Under the pieces are notes generated by a model that did no database searches, had not been told where the DNA came from, and was given only the letters and a program-made list of their open reading frames with translations. Shown here piece after piece: positions 18,281 through 30,160 of a stretch of DNA of 64,000 nucleotides. The translations under genes and the position numbers were made by a program. Each line of letters opens with the position of its first letter. Position 1 is the first letter of the stretch. The stretch lies in the NCBI GenBank assembly GCA_951406725.2, contig OX597815.1, positions 28,520,001 to 28,584,000 of the forward strand, read 5' to 3'. Source of the stretch: Octopus vulgaris. Taxonomy: Eukaryota.

Positions 18281-18370
18281 TATCTTGCTGAGTTGGACCG
18301 GTTAAAGACAAGAATTTCTGAGTTGAAACAATCTTTAAATGAACAGCGCTTGCTTGCACAAGCTTATGAG
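18281..18370 (+). CDS. Exon, 90 nt, coiled coil: YLAELDRLKTRISELKQSLNEQRLLAQAYE
   Basis: tttgatttag acceptor, GAG|gttagt donor, heptad leucine pattern. Confidence 0.85.
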
Positions 18371-18646
18371 GTTAGTTCCATTCACTTTATATAAAGAAAC
18401 CAAAATGTTTTCAAATATTTGGATTTAATATGTTACTGAGGTGCAGCAGTTAAAGTAAAAACATTTCTGGGTTGAAACAGAAATATGTATACAAAGAGTG
18501 TGATTGTGACAATGTTTGCTCCAAACACAATATTTGAATTTTGTTTACCTTGTGCCACACTTTTTATGCAATTTGTGTACAAACTTTTTGTTGGCTGTTG
18601 TGATTGCTTTCAGAAGTGGAAGAGTATGTAACATTGATGAGTGGAA

Positions 18647-18877
18647 GGCGGCGAGCTGGCAGAAACGTTAGCATGCCGGGCGAAATGCGTAGCCATATTT
18701 CGTCTGCCGCTACGTTCTGAGTTCAAATTCCGCCGAGGTCGACTTTGCCTTTCATCCTTTCGGGGTCGATAAATTAAGTACCAGTTACGCACTGGGGTCG
18801 ATGTAATCTACTTAATCCGTTTGTCTGTCCTTGTTTGTCCCCTTTGTGTTTAGCCCCTTGTGGGTAGTAAAGAAATA
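18647..18877 (+). mobile_element. tRNA-derived SINE, family 1
   Basis: A box tggcagaaacg, B box gagttcaaattcc; 22-bp TSD at 18625-18646 and 18878-18899. Confidence 0.9.
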
Positions 18878-19479
18878 TATGTAACATTGATGAGTGGAAA
18901 TAACTGTAAAATATCAGTATTTGGTGTTCTCATTCACTTTGAGGGTGATTTGTTTCACCTAGCTTTGAAGTATGCTGTGTTTTATAACATTATGCATCTT
19001 TAAAGGGATCTCCTTTAGATGAAATATATATCTTTTACTCTTTTACTTGTTTCAGCCATGCAGCTATTGTCATGCTGATTTTCTCAGTGTGGAGTGTTTC
19101 ACATCACCACTCCTGTATGTGCCTTTGTCCCAACTGTTGGCCAATTTGATGTATAAGGAAGTTTGATTCTGCTACCCTCGTCTGCATCTCATGTCAAGCT
19201 GTTGGTTCATCTGGTATTGTGGACTGGAGAATGTCTAGTTTCTTTCTGAAGACACCTACTTCCACCTTATGCAGATTTCTTATTTTTGTGGCAGGTCATA
19301 ACCCTAGACTATTGCAGTGCCTGGTCCTGAATTTCGGTGGAGCGGACGGAACCTTTGGTAAAATACAATGGTGGCTAGGAAATGTGATTCTAACTCAAAA
19401 GGGCCAATACTGGATACCTATCTGGAAAAGGGGTGTACGATCAATAGTGCAAGATACATTACTTTGCTGGCAAACAAAA

Positions 19480-19870
19480 TGAAGCCAGCAATTCACACCA
19501 AACACTGAAACCTATTGTTGAAGAAAGTTTTGTTGCTGCATGACAATGTACTTCCACACATGGCCACCCAGACTGTTGAAACCATTAACCAATTGTGTTT
19601 AAAATCTTCTGATGAATTTTAGCACCTGACATGCCTTCCAACCAGAGAAATCAGGTCACTGCTCTTTGTTCTTCTTTGGTGCACATTGCTAGAGGAGCAG
19701 CCATACTTACACTGTAAAGCCAGAACAATAAATGATGTATTCAGGCTCAAACATCGATCAGGTGACCACAATAATACCATCTATAAGTATGCATGTGAAG
19801 AAGGTAGTGTAACAATAATAACGATATGTAATGGCAAAAGTGTGGATAAATTTTAACTTCACTCATATTT
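19480..19870 (+). mobile_element. Mariner transposase remnant
   Basis: VLLLHDNVLPHMA resembles the mariner HDNARPH motif. Confidence 0.55.
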
Positions 19871-19963
19871 TGAAGAAATTTATATGGAACTATTTAAAAT
19901 CAAGAAATATATTTACGATGTAAATATAATCATAAATATGTATGCCTTCCTTTTCTTTTGCAG

Positions 19964-20011
19964 AAAAAAGCTGCCATGCTTACTAGAGATTCCAGTAGAA
20001 CTTCTATCAGG
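19964..20011 (+). CDS. Micro-exon A1, 48 nt: KKAAMLTRDSSRTSIR
   Basis: ttttcttttgcag / gtaata; first unit of the array. Confidence 0.8.
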
Positions 20012-20704
20012 GTAATAATTAAAGATATATCAATTTGCCTGTCCTTGATTGAGAAGTAACTATTCAAATATCTATAACATATTATATATATATATGCATG
20101 CATGTATGTACATATGTATGTACATACATATGTATGTATACATGTATGTAGTAAACAAAATAAAATGGATAGCTCAAAACATCATTATATGCATTTCAAC
20201 CATGTGGTTATTTATTACCAATGTAAAGTACATAACATTCCGTAATTTCATATTTTGACATAATCAACGAATTTCAGCCAGTAATACTGGGTAAAATGCT
20301 GGAAAATCTGTGAGGATAAACATCTTTATCCCCAAAGACTGATTGCATTTCCCTGAATGGCTACAGAATATCATCTGATGAAATGGAATTGTTATGTGAC
20401 AATGCAGAATTATGTAATGTTATAGAACATACTTTACATTCATAATAAATAACCATGCTATTGAAATGCATGTCATATGTTGAGGTTTCCATTCACTTTT
20501 TTACACAAAGTGATTCGTTTTACAATATGTACCACTTATATTATTGGTACATACATAGATTTACTGAGTATGAATGACTGGTAGACGACTGTCTGAATGT
20601 GTGTTGTGGACCACTAGACTCACCAGTTTAAATGTTGTTCTATTTAAAATCAATGAATATACATTAATGGAATCCTGAATATAAGTTTACCTTTTGTTTT
20701 ACAG

Positions 20705-20752
20705 AGAAGATCTACCTTAGAATCCAGAGATGAATTTCTTGAATCTGAAAGG
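20705..20752 (+). CDS. Micro-exon A2, 48 nt: RRSTLESRDEFLESER
   Basis: ttttgttttacag / gtaatt, phase 0-0. Confidence 0.8.
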
Positions 20753-21390
20753 GTAATTATTACAGATATATTAAATTGCTTGTCCTAGATTGAAAAGCAA
20801 CTATTCAACCATCTATGCCATTGTCTGTGTGTGTGTGAATGTGTATGTATGTGTGTGTATGTGAGAGAGAGAGAGAAAGAGAGAGAGGTACCTGAATGTA
20901 TAGGTCAAAACATCATTATACACATCTCAACAGTATGATTATTTCCTATCAATGTAAAGTACATTATGTAACATTATGTAAATTCCCATTCTGGCATAAT
21001 CACGACATTTCTATGCAGATAAAGGTCTTTATCCCCAAAGATTGATTGTATTTCAATGCGTGATTGCTGAGTATCACCTGATGAAATGGTATGGTTATGT
21101 AACAATGCAGAATTATATAATGTTATATAATGTTCTTTGCATTCATAATCATGCTATTGAAATGCATGTGGTGATATGTTGAACTTTCCATTCTCTTTTT
21201 CTACACAAAATCATGCAATATGTACCAGTTATGCCATTGATATATACAAGATACTTAAAACCAGTAATCAACACTCTGACTCTGTGTGGTCTCTTCACTG
21301 ACCAGTTTAAATGTTGTACTATTTATAATCAAGAAATTTGTTTACTATGTTAATAGAATTATGAATATATGTTTTCCTTTTGTTTTACAG

Positions 21391-22019
21391 AGAAAATCTG
21401 CCTTTATTTCTAACTCTCTTGAAAGCTACACACCATGTGGATATTTGCATTCCGTCCTATGGAGGGCTCATAGGACTTGTGACCTAAAATTAAGGGGAGC
21501 TAAATAGCATGACTATAATATGTCTATAATAACTATATGCCCCGGTGGTGTTTGATCAGAGGTTAAAGATTGATGAGAATTAATTCTGTAATGCAATTAT
21601 TTGCGTCCCAAGTTAAATTTCAAATATCGGCCAGTTTGTCCCAAAGTTCTTGACATAAAATTTATCGCCCACTTCATCTCTGACGTCATCTCACAAATGC
21701 CAGTCAAAGTGGTGTGCATCATCCATGCTGTATCTGCTACAACAAGCAAATAAAATGCTTTTAAATCAGATTTAATTGCTGGATGTTCAAGAATGTAGGG
21801 TAGAGTTTCAATCCCTGTTTCATCCTGATTCCAAAATGTATATGTCTCTGTAGAGGCGCAGGAGTGTCTGTGTGGTAAGTAGCTTGCTAACCAACCACAT
21901 GGTTCCGGGTTCAGTCCCACTGCGTGGCATCTTAGGCAAGTGTCTTCTGCTATAGCCCCGGGCCGACCAATGCCTTGTGAGTGGATTTGGTTGACAGAAA
22001 CTGAAAGAAGCCTGTCGTA

Positions 22020-22096
<77 letters not shown>

Positions 22097-22393
22097 TTGT
22101 TTGTGTTTGTCCCCCTAGCATTGCTTGACAACCGATGCTGGTGTGTTTACATCCCCGTCACTTAGCGGTTCGGCAAAAGAGAACAATAGAATAAGTACTG
22201 GGCTTACAAAGAATAAGTCCTGGGGTCGATTTGCTCGACTAAAGGTGGTGCTCCAGCATGGCCACAGTCAAAGGACTGAAACAAGTAAAAGAGTAAAAGA
22301 GAGTAGAGCAAATGTGGACTGAGACACAGGGCTTCCAAAAAACAGAATTTCGCCTTTATCATAATAGAAGATCATCACATGGATACTGACAGA
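21391..22393 (+). pseudogene. Micro-exon A3 split by a ~0.95-kb insertion; rejoined it reads RKSAFIIIEDHHMDTDR
   Basis: Intact acceptor; GCCTTTAT duplicated at 21400-21407 and 22352-22359; donor degraded to gttata, followed by the usual intron motif. Confidence 0.7.
21854..22302 (+). mobile_element. SINE family 2 nested in the insertion that splits A3
   Basis: Full head-to-tail copy; gtagag repeated at both ends. Confidence 0.88.
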
Positions 22394-23124
22394 GTTATAG
22401 TTAAAGATATATTAATTTGCTTAACCTGCAGTAAAGAGCAACTATTCATCCCTCTATACCATTGTGTATGTGTGAGTTTGAGTGTGTGTGTGTGTGTGTG
22501 TGCATGTGTGTTTGCTCTGTATGTGTGTGTACGTGTGTGTGTGAGTGAATGTGTGGTAACAAAAAATGAATGGATAGTTCAAAACATCATGATACACATC
22601 TCAGCTGTGTGATTATGTATTATCAATGTAAAAGTACACTACATAACATTCCGTAATTTCATATTCTGACATAACCACGACATTTCATCTAGTAATATTG
22701 GGTAAAATGCAGGCAAATCTGTGAGGATAAACATATTTATCTCCAAAGACTGATTGCATTTCACTGAATGGCTACTGAATATCACCTGATGAAATGGGAT
22801 TGTTATGTGACAATGCAGAATTATGTAATGTTATAGAAAATACTTTGCATTCATAATAAATAACCATGCTATTGAAATGCATGTCATGATATGTTGAGCT
22901 TTCCATTCACTTTTTTACCCAAAGTGATTCGTTTTGCAAAATGTATCAATTATGTTCTTGGTACATACTTGGATTTACAGAGTACAAAAGACTAGTAGAC
23001 AACTGTGTGACTGTGTGTGCAGACCACTAGACTCACCAGTTTAAATGTTGTTCTATTTAAAATCAAGAAATATATTTACTACAGTAATGGAATCTTGAAT
23101 ATATGTTTTCCTTTTGTTTTACAG

Positions 23125-23172
23125 AAAAAATTTGCCTTAGAATCCAGAGATGATAGTCTGGATCCTGATAAG
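23125..23172 (+). CDS. Micro-exon A4, 48 nt: KKFALESRDDSLDPDK
   Basis: ttttgttttacag / gtaatt. Confidence 0.8.
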
Positions 23173-24077
23173 GTAATTATTACAGATATATTAAATTGCT
23201 TGTCCTGGACTGAAAAGCAACTATTCAACCATCTATGCCATTGTCTGTGTGTGTGTATGTGTGTGTGCATGTGTGTGAGGTGAAGAAACCTGAATGTATT
23301 GGTCAAAACATCATTATACACACCTCAACAATGTAATTATTTTTCCTATCAATGTGAAGTACACATTATGTAAATTCACATTCTGGCATAATCACAACAT
23401 ATCTTCCGCTGATACAGGGTAAAATGTAAGCAAATCTATGAAAATAAAGATCTCTACTCTAAAGTTTGATTGTATTTCAATGCGTAATTGCTGAGTATCA
23501 CCTAATGAAATGGTATGGTTATGTCACAAAACAGTATTATATAATGTTACATAATGTAGACAACGAAAAATTAATGGATAGCTCAAAACATCATGAAACA
23601 CATACTCAAACGTGTGATTATGTATTATCAATATAAAATATACTGCATAACATTCCGTAATTTCGTATTCTGGCATAACCACAACATATCATCCAGTAAT
23701 ATTAGGTAAAATGCAGGCAAATCTATAAGGATAAATATCTTTATCACCATAGATTGATTGTATTTCATGAAATGGCTACTGAATATCACCTGATAAAATG
23801 GGATTATTATGTGACAATGCAGAATTATGTAATGTTATATAACATTCTTTGTATTTTTAATAAATAACCATGCTATTGAAATGCATGTCATGATATGTTG
23901 AGCTTTGCAATATGTACCAATTACGCCATTGATACATACATGGATTTACAGGATGCTTAAAACAAGTTGACAGGTCTCTGACTCCGTATGGATCAATGCA
24001 TTAAGCAATTTAAATGTTGTACAATTTAAAATCATAAATGGAATCATGAACATATACATTTTCCTTTTGTTTTACAG

Positions 24078-24125
24078 AGAAAATTTACCTTTAGCGTCAT
24101 AGATGATGCCGCGGACATTGAAAAG
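24078..24125 (+). CDS. Micro-exon A5, 48 nt: RKFTFSVIDDAADIEK
   Basis: ttttgttttacag / gtaatt. Confidence 0.8.
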
Positions 24126-24192
24126 GTAATTATTACAGATATATTAAGTTACTTGTCCAGGATTGAAAAGCAACTGTTCAACCATTTATACC

Positions 24193-24265
<73 letters not shown>

Positions 24266-24631
24266 TAGTGTGTGTATCAAAGAAAATTAAATGGATCGTT
24301 CAAAACATCATTGCACACATCTTGATAGTGTGATTCTTTATTATCAGTGCAAAGTACACTATATAACATTATGAGATTTCATAGTCTGGCATAACCACGA
24401 CATTTTCTCAGGTAATACTGAGTAAACTTCAGGCATATCTATGAGGATAAAGATCTTCATCCCCAACGATTGATCGGATTTCAAAGCATGATTGCTGAAT
24501 ATTAATTGATGAAATAGTATGGTTATGTGACAGTGCAGAGTTATGTAATGTTACATAGTGTACTTTGCATTCATTATAAATAATCCTGCTATTGCAATGC
24601 ATGTGGTGATATGTTGAGCTTTCCATTCTTT

Positions 24632-25029
24632 GGATCTTTTCGGTTTGAACGGCAGTTTTTTAAAATAATTTCCACGTAACTAAGCACTTTTAAACTTCGT
24701 ATACTGGTAGAATGTGTTTATAAAACATCTTTTTTCTTGGCTTTATTGAGAAAATTCTATAGTTTGTAAGATATTTGTTGTTGCTTTTTCTTCAATTTCT
24801 GTAATTTCAACCAATCAATGACGTCTATTGAGGTGAAAACATTCTGTGCCGTATGAATATGTCCCTCATTTAAGAAACAGATTGGGTTTATTTACATTTG
24901 TGAAGAAAAAAAGATACCCTAACCCTAAGACAGATTGAAATGCAATAGATTGATACTAGGGTCATAATTATGGGTGACAATTTCATATGACACCGCTAGA
25001 AAAAACTACCGTTCAAACCGAAAAGATCC
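24632..25029. mobile_element. TIR DNA element (MITE) with 8-bp TSD
   Basis: ggatcttttcggtttgaacgg / ccgttcaaaccgaaaagatcc; TSD cattcttt; absent from paralogous units. Confidence 0.88.
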
Positions 25030-25250
25030 CATTCTTTTTCTGTATACAAAATGATGCACTTTGCCAGATGTACCAGTTATGCCATTGATACATGCATGAA
25101 TTTACAGAATGCCTAAGACCCGTAGACAATTGTTTAACTGTGTATGGACTCCACACTCATCAGTTTAAATGTTGTACTATTTAAAATCAAAAAATATATT
25201 TACTACATTAATGGAATTATAAATATATATGCTTTCATTTTATTATATAG

Positions 25251-25298
25251 AAAAAATCTGCTTTAAGTTCTAAAGATGACCAAAAGGATGCTGACAAG
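25251..25298 (+). CDS. Micro-exon A6, 48 nt: KKSALSSKDDQKDADK
   Basis: ttttattatatag / gtaatt. Confidence 0.78.
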
Positions 25299-25543
25299 GT
25301 AATTATAAGATTAGCTGGCCCCGTACTGTCAAAAATGATGGCTAATTGTAGTATTTTATATATAAATAATGTACAAAATAATTACAGACAGAAACACTTA
25401 CATACTTCCCATGTACATGCACACACATACACACATATGCACACACAGAGTTGAAATGCTATTTGGCTTTTGTTTTCAGCATTGAATATTCACCATCCCG
25501 CTTCCATTGCACACACACACACATGCACACATGCACGCACACG

Positions 25544-25599
<56 letters not shown>

Positions 25600-26271
25600 A
25601 ACAAACATTCACATGACTCCCTTTTACATACATACACATATACTCACGCAGAGTTGAAACGCTGTTTGATTTTTTTGCATGTGTGTGTGTGTGTGTGTGA
25701 TAAAAATGAATGAATAGCTCAAAACATCATTACAGACATCTCAACTGTGTGATTATGTATTATAAATGCAAAGTGCATTACTCAACACTATGTAATTTCA
25801 CATTGTCGCAAAACCACTGTTTCCTCGGGTGATACTGCGTAAACTGCAGTGAAATCTATGTGGATAAAGATTTTTATTCTCAAAAAAATGTTTGCATTTC
25901 AATGAGTGATTGCTGAATATTACCTGATGAAATGGTATGGCTCTGTGACAATGCAGAATTATGTAATGTTATATTATGTCCTTTGCATTCATCAGAAATA
26001 ACCATGCTATTGAGGTACATTTGATATGTTCAGCTCCCCAATCTTTTACACTGTACACAATGATCCACTTTGAAATATGTACTAATTATGCCTTTGATAC
26101 ATATATGGATTTACAGAATGCCTAAGACCAGTAGACAACTGTCTGACTCTGTGGGGACTCTTCACTGACCAGCTTAAATGTAATATCTAAAATCAAGATA
26201 TATATTTGCTACATTAATGGAATCATGTTAATATATAAATATGGATATATATACTTTCCTTTGTTTTACAG

Positions 26272-26301
26272 AAAAAATCTGCCAGAGCACAACTGAGTAA
26301 G
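26272..26301 (+). CDS. Micro-exon A7, 30 nt: KKSARAQLSK
   Basis: tttgttttacag / gtaatt; 18 nt shorter, frame kept. Confidence 0.75.
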
Positions 26302-26650
26302 GTAATTATTAAAGATATATTAATTTGCTCATCCTGGATTGAAAAGCAACTATTCAACCATCTATGCCACTGAGCTTGTGTGTGTGTATGTGTGTGTGTG
26401 TGTGTGTGTGTAGTAAAAAAATTAAGGGATAGCTCAAAACATTATTACACGCGTCTCAACAGTGTGATTATTTATTGTCAATATAAAGTAGATTACATAA
26501 TATTGCATAATTCCACATTGTTGCATAAGCACAAAGCTTCCTTGGGTGAAGCTGAGTAAAAAGATTTTTATTCTCCAAGATTGACTGTATTTCAATGAGT
26601 GATTGCTGAATATCACCTGATTAACTGTCTAACTGTATAAACCACTACAT

Positions 26651-27045
26651 AGGCGCAGGAGTGGCTGTGTGGTAAGTAGCTTGCTAACCAACCACATGGT
26701 TCTGGGTTCAGTCCCACTGTGTGGCATCTTGGGCAAGTGTCTTCTGCTATAGCCTCGGGCCGACCAAAGCCTTGTGAGTGGATTTGGTAGACGGAAACTG
26801 AAAGAAGCCTGTCGTATATATGTATATATATGTATGTGTGTGTGTATGTTTGTGTGTCTGTGTTTGTCCCTCTAGCATTGCTGGTGTGTTTACGTCCCCG
26901 TCACTTAGCGGTTCAGCAAAACAGACTGATAGAATAAGTACTGGGCTTACAATGAATAAGTCCCGGGGTCGATCTGCTCGACTAAAGGCGGTGCTCCAGC
27001 ATGGCCGCAGTCAAATGACTGAAACAAGTAAAAGAGTAAAAGAGT
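26651..27045 (+). mobile_element. SINE family 2
   Basis: Near identical to other copies. Confidence 0.88.
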
Positions 27046-27141
27046 ATAGTACAATTTAAACGTTGCACTATTTAAAATCAAGAAATATATTTGCTATATT
27101 AATGGAATCGTAAATATATGGGCTTTCATTTTATTTTACAG

Positions 27142-27189
27142 AAAAAACCTGGCAGGAAAGCTAAAGATGTCTTCAAGGATGCTCAAAAG
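27142..27189 (+). CDS. Micro-exon A8, 48 nt: KKPGRKAKDVFKDAQK
   Basis: ttttattttacag / gtaatt. Confidence 0.8.
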
Positions 27190-27887
27190 GTAATTATTAA
27201 AGATGTTTTAATTTGTCTTGAACTGAAAAGCACTATTCAATCTCCTATACCATTGTGTAAGTGTATGTGCGTGTTTGTGCATATTTGTGTATGTGTGCAT
27301 GCACATGTGTGCATGTGTATGGTAAAGAAGACTGAATGAATGGTTCAAAACATCATTACACACATCTTAACATTGTGAATCTTTATTGCCAGTGCAAAGT
27401 ACATTACATAACATTATATAATTGCACATTGTTGCATAGCCAAAACATCTCCTCAGGTGATACTGTGTAAAATACAGTCAAATCTATGAGGATAAAGATC
27501 TTTATACCCATAGATTGATTATCTTTCATGGAATGGTTGTTAAATATCATCTGATGAAATGGTATGGCTCTGTGACAATGCAGAATTATATAATGTTATA
27601 TAATATACTTTGCATTTGTAATAAATAACATTCTATTGAAATGCAAATGGTGATATGTTGAGCTTTCCATTCTGTTTTTTTATACAAAACGATGCACAGT
27701 GCAATATGTACCAATTATGTCATTGATACATACAAGGAATTACGAAATGTCTGAGACCAGTAGACAACTGTCTGACAGTGTATAAACCACTATATGGAAC
27801 AATTTAAACATATTATTTAAAATCAAGAAATATATTTTGCTATATTAATGGAATCGTAAATATATATGCTTTCATTTTATTTTACAG

Positions 27888-27935
27888 AAAAAATCTGCCA
27901 CAAGTTCAAAAGATGACAGCAAGGATTCTGAAAGG
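27888..27935 (+). CDS. Micro-exon A9, 48 nt: KKSATSSKDDSKDSER
   Basis: ttttattttacag / gtaatt. Confidence 0.8.
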
Positions 27936-28012
27936 GTAATTATTAAAGATGTTTTAATTTGTCTTGAACTGAAAAGCACTATCCAACCTCCTATACCATT
28001 GTGTAAGTGTAT

Positions 28013-28050
<38 letters not shown>

Positions 28051-28599
28051 ATGTGGGTGTGTGTATGTGTGTGTGTGTGGTAAAGAAAACTGAATGGATA
28101 GTTCACACATGTTAACATTGTAATTCTTAATTATCAGTGCAAAGTACATTACATAACATTACGTAATTGAACATTGTTGCAAAGCCAGAACATTTACTCA
28201 GGTGATACTGTGTAAAACGCAGTCAAATCTATGAGCATAAAGATCTTTATTCCTATAGATTGTGTTTCATGTAATGGTTGTTGAATATCATCTGATGAAA
28301 CAGTAGGGTTCTAAGACGATGCAGAATTATATGATGTTGAATAATATATTTTGCATTCGTAATAAATAACCATGCTATTGAAATGCATGTGAGAATATAT
28401 ATTTTTAAGCAAAATGATGCACTTCGCAATATGTATCAATTATGGTATTGTAGCATACGTGGGTTTCCAGAATGCCTAAGACCAGCAGACAACTCTCTGG
28501 CTTTGCATGGAGCACTACACTCACTAATTTAAATGTACTTTTTAAAATCAAGAAATATATTTACTATACCATTAGAATCATATATATATATATATATAT

Positions 28600-28902
28600 C
28601 ATCATCATCATCATCATCGTTTAACGTCCGCTTTCCATGCTAGCATGGGTTGGACGGTTCAACTGGGGTCTGGCAAGCCCGAGGGCTGCACCAGGCCAGT
28701 CAGATCTGGCAGTGTTTCTACAGCTGGATGCCCTTCCTAACGCCAACCACTCCGAGAGTGTAGTGGGTGATTTTATGTGCCACCGACACAGGTGCCAGAT
28801 GAGGCTGGCAGACGGCCACACTCGGATGGTGTTTTTTATGTGCCACCGACACAGGTGCCAGACGAGGCTGGCGAACGGCCACACTCGGATGGTGTTTGTT
28901 AC
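28600..28902 (-). mobile_element. RTE 3'-end repeat just upstream of A10
   Basis: Family motif; close to the reverse complement of 51670-52113. Confidence 0.82.
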
Positions 28903-28972
28903 ATATATATATGTATGTATGTATGTATGTATATATATATGTGTGTGTATATATATATATGCTTTCATTTAG

Positions 28973-29017
28973 TTTACCGAGAAAATCAGCCATTATGACC
29001 TCGTGGATGCTGACAAA
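28973..29017 (+). CDS. Micro-exon A10, 45 nt if the shifted acceptor is used: FTEKISHYDLVDADK
   Basis: Ancestral acceptor is ccg; new tttag 7 nt upstream; donor gtaatt intact. Confidence 0.55.
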
Positions 29018-29686
29018 GTAATTATTTAAGATATATAAATTTGTTTGTCCTGAATTGAAATGCAATTATTCAACTAATTAATATCATTATGTGTGTGTGT
29101 GTGTGTGTGTGTGTCTGTTTTGTGTTGTGTGTGTGTATGTGTGTGTGTGTGTGTTGTAAAGAATATTTAATGGAGAGCTCAGACATCTTAATAGTGCAAT
29201 TATCTACTACCAGTGCAATGTGCATAATTTTGCATTGTTGCATAACCACAAAATTTCCTTAGGCTATACTGGGTAAGACAAAGTCGAATCTATGAGTATA
29301 AAGATCTTTTTCTCCAAAGACTGATTGTATTTCACAGAATGGTTGCTGAAGGTTACCTGATGAAACAGGATTGTTATGTGACGATGCAGAATTATGTAAT
29401 GTTATTTAATGTACTTTGCATTCGTCATAAATAACCATGCTATTGAAATGCATGTGGTGATATGCTGAGCTTTCCATTCTCTTTTTTATACAAAATGATG
29501 CACTTTGCAATATGTACCAATTATGCCATTGATACATACATGGATTTACAGGATGCCTAAGACTAGTAGGCAACTGTCTGACTTTGTATAGAGTCTTCAC
29601 TGAACAATTGTGCTGTTTAGAATCAAGAAATATATTTACCTTTTTAATAGTAACATAAATATATATGCTTTCCTTTTGCTTTACAG

Positions 29687-29728
29687 AGTAAATCTGCTGC
29701 AAGTCCTAGGGGAGCACGTGCTGGCAGG
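29687..29728 (+). CDS. Micro-exon A11, 42 nt: SKSAASPRGARAGR
   Basis: ttttgctttacag / gtaatt. Confidence 0.75.
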
Positions 29729-29839
29729 GTAATTATTAAAGCTATATTAATTTGCTTGTCCTGGATTTAAAGCAACTATTTAACAATCTGTACCATTGTT
29801 TTGTGTGTGAGTGTGTGCGCGCACGTGCATGCACGCACG

Positions 29840-30160
29840 TCATCATTGTCACCATCATTTAACCTCCATCTACCATGCTAGCATTGGTTGGACGGTTTGA
29901 CAGGAGCCGGCCAGGTAGAAGACAACACCAAGCTACTGTGTTTGTTTTGGCGTGGTTTTTACTGCTGGTTGCCCTTCCTAGCAGCAGCCACCCTGTAGAG
30001 AAGACTGAGTACTTTTTATGTGGCACCAGCACATGTGAAGTCAGTTTTGACATTGGTTTTACAGCTGGATGCTCTTTCAAATGCGAACCACTTCACAGTG
30101 TAGACTGGCTGCTCTTTATGTGGCACCAGCACCAGCACCAGCAGGGTCACTAAGTAACTT
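29840..30160 (-). mobile_element. Older RTE-type 3'-end fragment
   Basis: ccatgctagcattggttggacgg motif, degenerate (ATC)n tail. Confidence 0.6.
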
